DNA of 57,054 bases, from positions 1-57,054 of IMG/VR virus record IMGVR_UViG_3300048855_000050. One strand, given 5' to 3'. Shown here piece after piece: positions 47,252-56,587 of this stretch. Within the stretch, counting starts at the first letter, position 1; each line of letters starts with the position of its first letter. Source of the stretch: a virus. Taxonomy: Duplodnaviria > Caudoviricetes. Below the pieces are notes generated by a model. The model saw only the letters and a list, made by a program, of their open reading frames with translations, did not search any database and was not told the origin of the DNA. A program made the position numbers and the translations under genes.

Positions 47252-48492
47252 GTCTACTCATCAGCACTGCCGTGCCACGCCGCCGCATCCGCCGCGGTCT
47301 CGGATTGTTGGGCGACAGCTTCAGCGCGAACAGCCACACCATTGCTGCCACGGCTTTTGGTACTGAGGCGTATGGCCCCGCCGGCGCGATCGCGGCAAAG
47401 ACTGGCCTCTTTCCCAGCTACTTGGACAATCAGGGTAAGGTGGGCGACCACTCCGGCCAGTTCATGTCGAGGCTTCCGTCCTGTCTGACGTCACTCACGG
47501 CGGATCTTTGGCTGCTGCTGTCACGCACCAACGACAGCACCACGCCTGGCATGACACTCGCTGACAGCAAGGCGAACGTGATGAAGGCGATCACTTCCTT
47601 TCAGAACACTCCGGGCAAATACCTTATTGTCGGAACGGGCACACCGCGGTTCGGCACTAAGGCACTGACCGGCCAGGTCTTGTCGGATGCGATCGCTTAT
47701 AAGGAATGGGTGCTGAACTACGTCCGGCAGTTCGTCCCGGTGGTCAATATTTGGGACGGGTTTACCCAGGACATGACCGTCGATGATCTGCATCCGAACC
47801 TGATCGGCGCCGACTTCATCCAGTCCCGCTGCGTGCCGATCATCAACGCCAATTTCGAGTTCTTCGGCGTGCCGCTGCCTACAGATGCTGCCGACTTGTA
47901 CTCGGCGATTCGCCCGTTCGGCTGCCTGAATGCCAACCCTCTCATGGCTGGCTCGACCGGCGTGATAAACGCATCGGTCAACCCGGTCCCGGGATCGGTG
48001 CTTGCGGACAGCTACAAAGCGTCCGGCTCAGGCCTGAGCGGCATCACCACTCGCTGGTACAAAGAGCCCGCGGCATCCGGGGAGGCGCAGTGCATTGAGT
48101 TGGCCGGGACCATGGCCGCCGCTGGCGGCTACATTTATCTGCAGCCGGCGGCGAACGTGACGCTGTCGAATCTGCTCGCTGGGGATGTAATTGAAATGGT
48201 GTCGGCGCCAGAGATCGTTGGCAACAGTCGAGGCATCCTCGGATGGGAGGCTGAGCTGATCATCACCAAACCCGTGGCGGGTACATCGACCACCATCTAT
48301 TACCGATCGATGGACAAGTACCAGGAGCCGTTCACCCTGCCAGCTAACTGGAAAGGGGCGCTGGAGACCCAGCGCTATTCGTGTGATGTCACTGAAACAG
48401 TCATCACCGCAAGGATGGGGCTTTACCTGGCCGCGGGCATCAACCAGGACTCCAAAGTCAAAGCCGCTCAATTCGGGATTCGCAAGGTCTGA
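47248..48492 (+). CDS. SGNH/GDSL esterase-like protein with beta-rich C-terminal domain
   Basis: LLGDSF, G.VG, RTND, DDLHPN blocks. Confidence 0.75.
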   Translation: MSLLISTAVPRRRIRRGLGLLGDSFSANSHTIAATAFGTEAYGPAGAIAAKTGLFPSYLDNQGKVGDHSGQFMSRLPSCLTSLTADLWLLLSRTNDSTTPGMTLADSKANVMKAITSFQNTPGKYLIVGTGTPRFGTKALTGQVLSDAIAYKEWVLNYVRQFVPVVNIWDGFTQDMTVDDLHPNLIGADFIQSRCVPIINANFEFFGVPLPTDAADLYSAIRPFGCLNANPLMAGSTGVINASVNPVPGSVLADSYKASGSGLSGITTRWYKEPAASGEAQCIELAGTMAAAGGYIYLQPAANVTLSNLLAGDVIEMVSAPEIVGNSRGILGWEAELIITKPVAGTSTTIYYRSMDKYQEPFTLPANWKGALETQRYSCDVTETVITARMGLYLAAGINQDSKVKAAQFGIRKV

Positions 48493-48551
48493 GCCCGGCA
48501 TTGCGGCCACCCTTTCCGCAGGAAGGCTGGCGCTGGAACATCCGCTTCGCG

Positions 48552-48655
48552 ACACAAAAGGAGCGGCCACCGGGATGCGTCAACATCCCGCTGGCCACCG
48601 AACCGCAGACTATCCCTGCAAGTCCAGCCAAGGCTCCCGCTCTGTGCACAAAGCG
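48552..48655 (-). ncRNA. Candidate SOS-controlled small antisense RNA
   Basis: Minus-strand TGCTAGGCT extended -10 beside LexA box; ends in GGCC..GGGATG/CATCCC..GGCC stem plus TTTT. Confidence 0.4.
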
Positions 48656-48670
48656 CGGCGAGCCTAGCAC

Positions 48671-48686
48671 CTGTTTATCTATACAG
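48671..48686. promoter_or_regulatory. LexA (SOS) box
   Basis: CTGTTTATCTATACAG. Confidence 0.8.
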
Positions 48687-48701
48687 TAAAGGCTTGCATA
48701 A

Positions 48702-49472
48702 ATGACCAATCCGATTGTTCCGTGGATGGGCGGCAAACGCCGCCTTGCAAAACCCCTGCTCGCGCTGTTTCCAGCGCATGACTGCTACGTGGAAGTGTTC
48801 GCCGGCGGCGCAGCGCTTTACTTTAAAAGGCTGGAGCCTGCAAAGGTCGAGGTCCTGAACGACATCAATGGTGAGTTGGTCAGCCTGTACCGGGTTGTGC
48901 AAAACCACCTTGAAGAATTTGTTCGCCAGTTCAAGTGGGCGCTCAGCTCACGTCAGATTTTCGAATGGCAGAAGATGACCCGGCCGGAAACATTGACCGA
49001 CATCCAGCGTGCCGCACGGTTCTTCTACCTGCAGCACCATGCTTTCGGCGCTAAGGCGACTGGACAGACATTTGGGACGGCCACTACTGGGCGCCCGATC
49101 AACCTGCTGCGCATTGAAGAAACGCTCTCGAATGCGTGGCAGCGCCTGGCCGGTACCTACGTTGAGAACTTGCCATGGTTGAAGTGCGCTGAGAAATACG
49201 ATCGCCCGCATACGTTCCATTACATGGATCCGCCGTACTGGCAGACGCAGGGGTACGGGACAGAGTTCGGACTCGATGAGTATCAGGCGATGGCCGATTT
49301 CATGCGCCGGTGCCAAGGTAAGGTAATGGTCAGCATTAACGACCACCCGGACATCCGCCAGGTGTTCGAGGGGTTCCGGACGGAGGGACTGAGGATTCGA
49401 TACAGCACGGCGAACCACAGGACGGGGAAAGCCGATGTCACCGGTGAGTTGGCGATTATGAACTGGAAGTAG
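48702..49472 (+). CDS. DNA adenine methyltransferase (D12/Dam-like class)
   Basis: WMGGK, YVEVFAGGA, LNDIN, MDPPY. Confidence 0.93.
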   Translation: MTNPIVPWMGGKRRLAKPLLALFPAHDCYVEVFAGGAALYFKRLEPAKVEVLNDINGELVSLYRVVQNHLEEFVRQFKWALSSRQIFEWQKMTRPETLTDIQRAARFFYLQHHAFGAKATGQTFGTATTGRPINLLRIEETLSNAWQRLAGTYVENLPWLKCAEKYDRPHTFHYMDPPYWQTQGYGTEFGLDEYQAMADFMRRCQGKVMVSINDHPDIRQVFEGFRTEGLRIRYSTANHRTGKADVTGELAIMNWK

Positions 49473-49854
49473 TCTTAGCAGCTTCGGCCGTTGTCCGCAG
49501 ACAAGGAGCGTGATGCCTAATCTGCCGCGCTCTGGTCACACAACGCGACAACGGCTTCGTCGGATACCTCAATACTTAGCTCTGGAGAGGTATACGGTGG
49601 GGAATTAGGAGGGACCACTATATTGATCAGCTTTAGAACTGTATCCGGAGTAGCGCTTCCTACTTATTTTAGGCTGGAGGGCGCGTCGCAGGCGTACCGG
49701 ATAACCAGCAATGACGGGACCATAACCTATGTGCGCCCCGTGATTGACGCGCTCGCCCTGATGGTGAGGCTGTGCGCGGAAGAGACCGAGTTTCTCTAGC
49801 CGCGACGTGTGAGGCGCCCGCCGACGCTTGTTGCTCCTGCACATCGTGAGATTA

Positions 49855-50454
49855 TTAACTGACTGCGCGCGTCAAAACTTTGCCGATGACTTGGGATTTG
49901 AGCAGAGCAATCGGATCGTCTTGCTGCAAGGCCTCCCATGGCATGCTCGGAACCTCGGCCTCTTCTAGGTCTTGAACAAACGTAAGCCCGCCTGCCTCGG
50001 TGATTGCTCGTAAACCGGCGGCACCGTCGCTACCCCCACCTGACAGAACTACACCAATTACACGGCTGCGATAGATCGCAGCAGCAGTTTCGAACAGACG
50101 ATTTACTGCAGGCCTGGCGAACAATACTTTGGGACCATCGCTAAGGTGCAATAGGCCCGGGGCCCTGATTTCCATATGCCGGTTCGGTGGCGCCAAGTAG
50201 ATGCGCCCCTCTCGCACGGTCTCTCCCTGCTGGCCATAGGTCACGGGCATTAACGCGGATCGCCCCAAGATTGAGGCCATCAGCATCGGGCTAGATGGGC
50301 CCGTATGTATGAGGATCAAAACTGCGGCGGCTAGATCGGACGGTAGGTCCCGCAGGATGCTTTCTATAACGCCAATACTTCCCTCCGATCCACCTATCAC
50401 AATGATGTTTCGTGAAAGCGCCTGCGGTTGTCCTTCCATCTGGTAAATCTCCAA
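49855..50454 (-). CDS. cheB: Stand-alone CheB methylesterase domain
   Basis: VIGGSEGS (Ser), IHT (His), RPAV, GVVLSGGGSDG (Asp), PSMP; no receiver domain. Confidence 0.85.
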   Translation of the reverse strand: MEIYQMEGQPQALSRNIIVIGGSEGSIGVIESILRDLPSDLAAAVLILIHTGPSSPMLMASILGRSALMPVTYGQQGETVREGRIYLAPPNRHMEIRAPGLLHLSDGPKVLFARPAVNRLFETAAAIYRSRVIGVVLSGGGSDGAAGLRAITEAGGLTFVQDLEEAEVPSMPWEALQQDDPIALLKSQVIGKVLTRAVS

Positions 50455-50676
50455 TAGATTAAACGATTGATTGCTGCGGCTCTTAGTCGTTCATGTTTTA
50501 TTACAGGAGCATCGGGAGGGGCGTCCCAGACCAGATGCGAAAGGTCATTGCGTCCTCGACTGGATGTGACAAAAGTGCTGTTGCGCCTATTAGAATTCGC
50601 AGCGTGGTTCAGAACGTATGACCTTCCGTCTTGGGCCGACGAAGCGCGATTGACCAGGGCCGCTTGGCTCAGTTAA

Positions 50677-50692
50677 CTGTACGCATATACAG
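50677..50692. promoter_or_regulatory. LexA (SOS) box
   Basis: CTGTACGCATATACAG. Confidence 0.85.
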
Positions 50693-50714
50693 CATCAACA
50701 AGCGAAGCATTCCC

Positions 50715-51011
50715 ATGTACGTCCTTATCACTCCACGCCGCCAGATGGGCGTTGCCGTACCGAAAGACCAGCTCAGCAAGATCCCGCCACTTAAAGGCGA
50801 CGTGCAGATCGTTGAATCTCAATGCTCTGCGCTTGGCCGCATTACTCGGGAAGCCTTCATCTTGAACAGCGTCAGCCATGCCCGGGATGCTTTGCCTCGG
50901 CTGCTGGATGCCAACGTGACGAGCATGGGTACGCAGGGACTTATCATCTCCGGCATCGAGCAGGTGGAGGAGGCGTTCTACTTCCAGTCTTGGTGGTGCC
51001 GCTTTGAATGA
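50715..51011 (+). CDS. Hypothetical protein, first gene of SOS operon
   Basis: 98 aa after SOS box, ends FQSWWCRFE. Confidence 0.75.
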   Translation: MYVLITPRRQMGVAVPKDQLSKIPPLKGDVQIVESQCSALGRITREAFILNSVSHARDALPRLLDANVTSMGTQGLIISGIEQVEEAFYFQSWWCRFE

Positions 51012-51354
51012 CGACGCGATTCCCGACCATCTGGACATTTCACTCGATCAGTTCCTGAACATCCGCGCGCCTGGCACTTACTTGGTGAAAGTCGAAGGTG
51101 ACAGCATGGAGGGCGCGGGCATTTTCTGTGGTGATCTCCTGATCGTCGACAAAGGGCTCAACCCTAAAGCAGGTCAGGTCATCATTGGCGTCATTAACCA
51201 GCAACCGTTGGTGAAGTACTTGGCGTTTGCGGGACGTCAGACGCTGCTGCGCTCGGCTAACCGCAAATATCCCGACCGCTTCATCATGGAAGGGGATGAC
51301 TTCGATATCTGGGGCGTCGTTACTCACAGCATTCGGGATCACTGGAGGAATTGA
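51004..51354 (+). CDS. UmuD-like S24 peptidase lacking the N-terminal arm
   Basis: ISLD..TYLVKVEGDSM..GDLLIVD..VK..IWGVVT. Confidence 0.85.
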   Translation: MNDDAIPDHLDISLDQFLNIRAPGTYLVKVEGDSMEGAGIFCGDLLIVDKGLNPKAGQVIIGVINQQPLVKYLAFAGRQTLLRSANRKYPDRFIMEGDDFDIWGVVTHSIRDHWRN

Positions 51355-51614
51355 GCATGGACGTCAAAGCGCGAGAATTGCAGATCTGGAACGACCTGCT
51401 CGAGCACGAGGCTCGGCGCGAATGTGCGATCGATCACTGGGCGGGGGAGTTGGCTGGCCACGCCAAGGCACTGCATCGGATCGGCGTCATCGACGAAGAT
51501 GAGTTGCGGGAAATGCTCGATTACGCTGACGCAGCGTACAGCCACGTGTCGGAAGACCTCGCGTACCGCGGGTGGTTAAAAGCAGGCGGCTCGGAAAAAG
51601 AGGGGAGTTTGTAG
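51351..51614 (+). CDS. Hypothetical protein
   Basis: 87 aa coupled to umuD-like gene. Confidence 0.65.
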   Translation: MSMDVKARELQIWNDLLEHEARRECAIDHWAGELAGHAKALHRIGVIDEDELREMLDYADAAYSHVSEDLAYRGWLKAGGSEKEGSL

Positions 51615-51788
51615 GATCGGCAGAACACCGAGATGGGGTATGCCGAAAGCGGTAGCGGCATGAGGAAAGTGATTGCCTGGCAGTTGATAACTCCAGGCGG
51701 CATCAACGCCGCCCACTCTTTTGTACGTGCAATTGTACGTACGACACAAAAACAAAAGGCCCGCATATCTGCGAGCCCTTGTTTTGTA

Positions 51789-51838
51789 TGGTGCCGGCAC
51801 CAGGAGTCGAACCCGGGACCTACTGATTACAAGTCAGT
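51789..51838 (-). pseudogene. 3' half of tRNA-Thr(UGU), relic att core
   Basis: Minus strand ACTGA-CTTGTAA-TCAGT anticodon arm, CCGGG-TTCGACT-CCTGG T-arm, TGCCGGCA-CCA; 5' half absent. Confidence 0.85.
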
Positions 51839-52032
51839 GCGGCAGTTCACGTTTGGTGCCGGGCCGCCCTAGGCTGGCCAACATGTTGTCTTACGTTTTG
51901 CATCATTGATTCTAAGGCTGGCGTCGGACTGAAGGCCCAGTGGTTATTACAGCAACCAGTTGAACCGATACATCTATATGGATGCAGTGGCATGATATAA
52001 TCGTACATGCCCATCCATGCCTAGAGCATTAA

Positions 52033-52275
52033 ATGCCCTCGTCGCAGCTTGAATATTGGAGCCGTCACTGGCACTTGGTCTTCGATGCAGTCATCTGCCG
52101 CACATGCCAGGCTGCTCAGGCAGTACAGTTCAGACATGAACCGTTTTTGCACTCGTCCACTTGCCCATATCACGCCCTCGGGCGCACTCCTTGGGATGAT
52201 TTAGATTCCGCCCTGCGTGCAATTGCTTGGCGTAGCGGATACGTTCAGGAGGTGGCGCGAGACGATACACAATAG
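52033..52275 (+). CDS. Small putative Zn-binding protein
   Basis: CRTC..H...C motif. Confidence 0.6.
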   Translation: MPSSQLEYWSRHWHLVFDAVICRTCQAAQAVQFRHEPFLHSSTCPYHALGRTPWDDLDSALRAIAWRSGYVQEVARDDTQ

Positions 52276-52338
52276 GCACGCCCGTAAAATTTGCTCGGGT
52301 TATGTCATCCAACTAGATCACCCGGCATGACCCGCCTG

Positions 52339-54060
52339 TTAGATCTTGGTCGATTCTCCATGGCCCAACCGGGCAACGCGGTTTTTTCCTTGGCGCTTAG
52401 CCTCATAAAGCGCAGCATCTGCAGCTTGAAGTAATTGCGTCTGGTCCGTCCCATTGAGTGCCGTTGAGGCAACGCCAAAGGATGCGGTCACGCCCAACGT
52501 TTGCTGTCCCACTGTCGGGGTCATAGCTTCAAGCGAAGCGCGAATTGTCTCGGCGCGCATCATGGCGTCTTCGAGGGCGCATTCCGGCAAGATGATCATT
52601 AGCTCTTCACCGCCAAACCTACACACCACATCAGCCCCTCTCGTCATGCTCACCAGCAAGGATGCAGTGCTGCGTAGCACTGCATCGCCAGCAGAATGAC
52701 CATTCATGTCGTTGAGCATTTTGAAGTTATCCAGATCAAGCATGATGACACTAAGTGCTGCCCCCCCTCGCCTGACTTTCGAAAGCTCACGCTCTAGGGT
52801 TTCCTCCATGAAGCGACGGTTATACAGCCCCGTAAGCGGATCTTTGATTGACTGGATCTGCAGGACTTGGCGCATACGGCCGTTCGCAAGTGCGAGGGCT
52901 GTCTGCTCTGCAGCAGCTTCTGCAAACTGTCGGCTGAGCTCGAGGTCTCCGTAGCCGGCTAGATACCGAATGTGCAAGAGTCCTAGTGTTTCGCCGTACG
53001 CTATCAGCGGTAAGCACCAGTGGACATCCCCATCTGACTCTGGCGCGGAAGAGTAATGCGCGCATCGCAGTTCATGAGGATGCTCCACCAGATGAGGATG
53101 GCCCCGACGTATGGCCCAACAATCTTTCGGTGCCATTGTGGGGTAGGAGGGAGCACGCGTTATGTCCCCCCAGCTCGCTGCCGGCAGAAGGACGTCGGCT
53201 GAGTTCCTGTAGAGGTACAAATCACCGGTGCTGCCTTCCAGGAGCTGTTTGCAATAATCGCTTGCTAACTGCAGCGTCTCCTCTTGGCTCATCTCCGTTT
53301 GCAGCAGTCGGGCCATCTCGGCAAGCAGGCCTATTTCCGTGTTTCTCCGCTCCAGATGTTTCAGACTTTGGTTGAGACGGGTGCTTGAGGAAATGACTTC
53401 AGCTGCTGACTCGGCTTGACGCCTGATGGTCCTGCGCATTGACACGTAAATAAAGCGACTGAGTACGAGCGTAAGCACGAAGCTTGCGAAGGAAATGGCA
53501 ACTGCCCAGATCAGGTTCTTATTCAGTTGGTTGTCCAGCGTAGCGACCTCATCAATTTCAGATTCGATCATGTCGACGCTAATCTCGCGCACCTGGTCCA
53601 TGAGATGTTTCCCGTTGCCGGTGGAAACCTCCGCGGCAGCAGCAGATGCACCTTGCACGCTGCGGAGCTTTACCACCATGTCCAGGTGGCCCAGTTTCAT
53701 CATGGTGCGCTCGATGAACTCTTCGACCCGCGCTAACTCTTCAGGCGGGTCGTTTTTGTACTCCGCGCGAATTTTTTTGATAGCGCTAGGAAGTTGCGAA
53801 GTCGCCAGATAATAGGGTTTCAGGAAGCTATCGTTCCCTGTTAGCGCATACCCTCGCTCGCCCGTTTCCGCATCCACGAGTAATCCCTGGACCGTTCGGA
53901 TACTGTCAAGCTGTCGCTCAACCAGGTTGCGTTCGTTACGCGTCTCGTTCGTCCAAAACAGCGTAAAAGGGCCGACTGCAGCTGTCACGGACATCACCAA
54001 GGTGGCCGTCGCTGCTGCGATAAGAAGATGGGGTGTGCGGTGGGGCATCGTCGACTCCAA
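52339..54060 (-). CDS. Membrane diguanylate cyclase (CHASE3-GAF-GGDEF)
   Basis: DAETGERGYALTG CHASE3, GAF-like region, DPLTGLYNRR, DLDNFK, RGAD I-site, RFGGEEL. Confidence 0.93.
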   Translation of the reverse strand: MESTMPHRTPHLLIAAATATLVMSVTAAVGPFTLFWTNETRNERNLVERQLDSIRTVQGLLVDAETGERGYALTGNDSFLKPYYLATSQLPSAIKKIRAEYKNDPPEELARVEEFIERTMMKLGHLDMVVKLRSVQGASAAAAEVSTGNGKHLMDQVREISVDMIESEIDEVATLDNQLNKNLIWAVAISFASFVLTLVLSRFIYVSMRRTIRRQAESAAEVISSSTRLNQSLKHLERRNTEIGLLAEMARLLQTEMSQEETLQLASDYCKQLLEGSTGDLYLYRNSADVLLPAASWGDITRAPSYPTMAPKDCWAIRRGHPHLVEHPHELRCAHYSSAPESDGDVHWCLPLIAYGETLGLLHIRYLAGYGDLELSRQFAEAAAEQTALALANGRMRQVLQIQSIKDPLTGLYNRRFMEETLERELSKVRRGGAALSVIMLDLDNFKMLNDMNGHSAGDAVLRSTASLLVSMTRGADVVCRFGGEELMIILPECALEDAMMRAETIRASLEAMTPTVGQQTLGVTASFGVASTALNGTDQTQLLQAADAALYEAKRQGKNRVARLGHGESTKI

Positions 54061-54277
54061 TATGGTTCAGATGGTTATCGGCTCGCTGAGCGAATAGCCG
54101 AAACTATTCGCGCTAAAGCTGCTGAACGGTCAGGAAGGGGAGTTTCGCCGAAGCCTCGGCCCATATCCGACAGGGCCGTGTGATCTTAGACTGCACGCTG
54201 GTCCAATCTAATCTACTAACCGATTTAACCTAAGTCGCTGCATGCAGGCCTTTTAGCACTGATAGAAGGGGAATTCC

Positions 54278-54586
54278 GTGGTCCACCGCCTGCTTAACTC
54301 AAATACTGATCCGCAACGCATCATTTGCTCTTTGCCGCTGGCCCGCGATCTGCAGCACGTTCTACAGGAATATCTGCAGCAGATCTGGGCTGCGGACGAC
54401 ATTACCGCGCTGACCCACGTCCATGGCCGGGCCCTTGGTCTAGGGCAAGGGTTAGGGTGCGCAAACGCCATTTCTCCAACGCAATTCCGCATGCTCGCTG
54501 ACGCCTTTACCCGGGCTTTCGAAGACCGTCTTACGTTATTAACGATGACCGCGCCGGCCCTGGGCGGCTGGACCGCACAACCCTAA
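54278..54586 (+). CDS. Hypothetical protein
   Basis: 102 aa, AAGGGG SD. Confidence 0.55.
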   Translation: MVHRLLNSNTDPQRIICSLPLARDLQHVLQEYLQQIWAADDITALTHVHGRALGLGQGLGCANAISPTQFRMLADAFTRAFEDRLTLLTMTAPALGGWTAQP

Positions 54587-54817
54587 GGTCCCCCTGACTT
54601 GGTTACGGAAAGTCCATAGAAGGCAGGCCCAGCTTCAGTCGCGCGATCACGATTTGGGTAAGCTTCATCACGGCTGTCATACCACCGGTCAGAATGCTAT
54701 CAAGCGCTGCAGCCATTAGCCGTTACCACGTAGGTAGCGTCAGGGATGGCGAAATAGTGCTACGACGGACACGCTGACACTCTCGGGCGAGAGGCCAGCC
54801 ACCTGAACCTCAGTGCC

Positions 54818-55474
54818 ATGATCGACCTTACTGTTTGGAACCTCACGCTCCCCGTTGAAACGCCACCTTTGACCACCGCCGCGGCGCGGCCAAAGCTGCA
54901 GACCGCTTACTTCACCAACACCGGCGACAAGGTTGTGTTCTGGTCTCCAGTAACCGGCTCGCATACAGGCAACAGCGATTTCCCGCGTTCAGAACTACGA
55001 GAAACCGCGACTGATGGCAAAGCTCGCAATTGGCTATATACGAGCGGCCTGAACACTCTCAAGGGGACGCTGTCGGTGAACCAAGTACCCTCTACGGGAA
55101 GGGTAGTGGTCGCGCAGATCCATGCCAAGGACGCCGCTACCCCCCTGCTTAAGGTGGTGTACCGCTATTCAAATGGTATTGGCAGCATTGACTTGGAATA
55201 CCGCCTTAAGCCTGCAGATGCTAAAAGTCCTGTTGCCTATACGGTGAGCAATGTTCCGCTCAACAAATCTTTCGCTTACGCCATTCAAATGAACAAGCAG
55301 GGCAAGCTGACGGTGCTGATCAATAATGCTGGCCCGCAACTCCAGTTGGCGCCCGCCTGGTATAAATATGCCTTCTACTTCAAGGCTGGCGCGTACACCT
55401 TGGACAACGTCGGCCACGCCACTGAAGGTGGCAAGGTCACCTATACCCGCTTAGAGGCAAGTCACAGTCAGTGA
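54818..55474 (+). CDS. Polysaccharide lyase family 7 (alginate lyase)
   Basis: WNLTLP, PRSELRE, QIH, YFKAGAY; no signal peptide. Confidence 0.92.
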   Translation: MIDLTVWNLTLPVETPPLTTAAARPKLQTAYFTNTGDKVVFWSPVTGSHTGNSDFPRSELRETATDGKARNWLYTSGLNTLKGTLSVNQVPSTGRVVVAQIHAKDAATPLLKVVYRYSNGIGSIDLEYRLKPADAKSPVAYTVSNVPLNKSFAYAIQMNKQGKLTVLINNAGPQLQLAPAWYKYAFYFKAGAYTLDNVGHATEGGKVTYTRLEASHSQ

Positions 55475-56060
55475 CTTTTATTCCCCCTATAGACTGTTGC
55501 TCTATGGTCGCCAGCATGGATTGCTAGCTACTTCGCGTCTGTGCGGACCCTGGAGAAAACTGGCCGCTTCCGATATGCACCGCGGCGGTGCCGCAGCGGT
55601 AGCGGTAAACCAGAGGGCGGAATCGACCCTTTCAATAGGCAAAATCAGTTCCGAAACTCAAGCCACGCCCCTCGTAGAATGCGGTCTGTAGCCCAGCGGT
55701 TTTGGAAAAGTATGGGAACGCCAATCACCTCCAAAGATGCGGCCCGCTGATTTTTAAATGACGGTCTTGAAATCCGGTGTTCGATCGACAGGTATATGGG
55801 TAATGGACGTTGGCAGATCGCCGGAGGGTGCAGCCGAGTCTGCGCCCGATGAGGGAGGAATACTCCCCCAAAACGCAACTGTTTGGACCAGTGTTTATTG
55901 AGTTCAGAAGAGTCGAAAAGAAGAGCGATTTAGAAGGGGTTTTTGAGGGGTAAAGCGTTGATTGTGAAGGGATTAAAGCATTCTTATGCCGAGTCCCATG
56001 CCTTAATACCCGCGCGTCTGACTTCAATCTACCGGGTGTTGAAGCGACAGCATGGAGAAG

Positions 56061-56309
56061 TCATCTGCGGCTGGCTTTACCAATCAATTTGATCAGCGCT
56101 GTTTTTTTTGTCTCTGATGTTTCATATCGAGCAAGCTCTATAAGGTAGTCTTGTGCCGCCTCTCCGCCGGCCTCCGCTATCGCAGCATATATGTCACTGC
56201 GCTGCCTGTCCGAGGTAGAGCGTTCGGCACACTCTATCAAGAAGTCAACGCCTATGTTGCCTTTAACAGTCATGGTGATTCCTTCATCGCAGGCTGCTTT
56301 TGAGCACAA
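56061..56309 (-). CDS. Small helical-repeat-like protein
   Basis: IYAAIAEAGGEAAQDYLIELA, HEAT-like; start likely at MTVKG. Confidence 0.55.
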   Translation of the reverse strand: MCSKAACDEGITMTVKGNIGVDFLIECAERSTSDRQRSDIYAAIAEAGGEAAQDYLIELARYETSETKKTALIKLIGKASRR

Positions 56310-56347
56310 GCACGGCCCGGTATATTGAGACGCAGTAAGGTAAGAGC

Positions 56348-56587
56348 TCAGTCATCCAGCAGTCGGCCATCGTGGTCAACGCTAGGTTTCCATGCGTCGG
56401 CCGCGTCGTTCACGGCGATCACCAACCCATAAAATTGCTCTTCATCGATAATGTCGAGTTGATGTAGCTGCTCGATGTAGTTAAGGGTTAGTACCGCGTA
56501 GTGCTCTGCATATGCAGAACTTGGCGCTGTGCGGATACAGCTGATCAGCGGCTCGACGCGTTCCGCATAACGTTCGGTCATGGGCAT
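56348..56587 (-). CDS. Hypothetical protein
   Basis: 79 aa, AGGA SD. Confidence 0.6.
   Translation of the reverse strand: MPMTERYAERVEPLISCIRTAPSSAYAEHYAVLTLNYIEQLHQLDIIDEEQFYGLVIAVNDAADAWKPSVDHDGRLLDD

Noticed and set aside
8976-51354. A single LexA gene split into two halves (8976 and 51004)
   Set aside because: The halves are 42 kb apart in different operons and the peptidase is UmuD-like; reported separately instead
51789-51838. Functional tRNA-Thr gene
   Set aside because: D-arm and 5' acceptor strand are missing; only the 3' half is present
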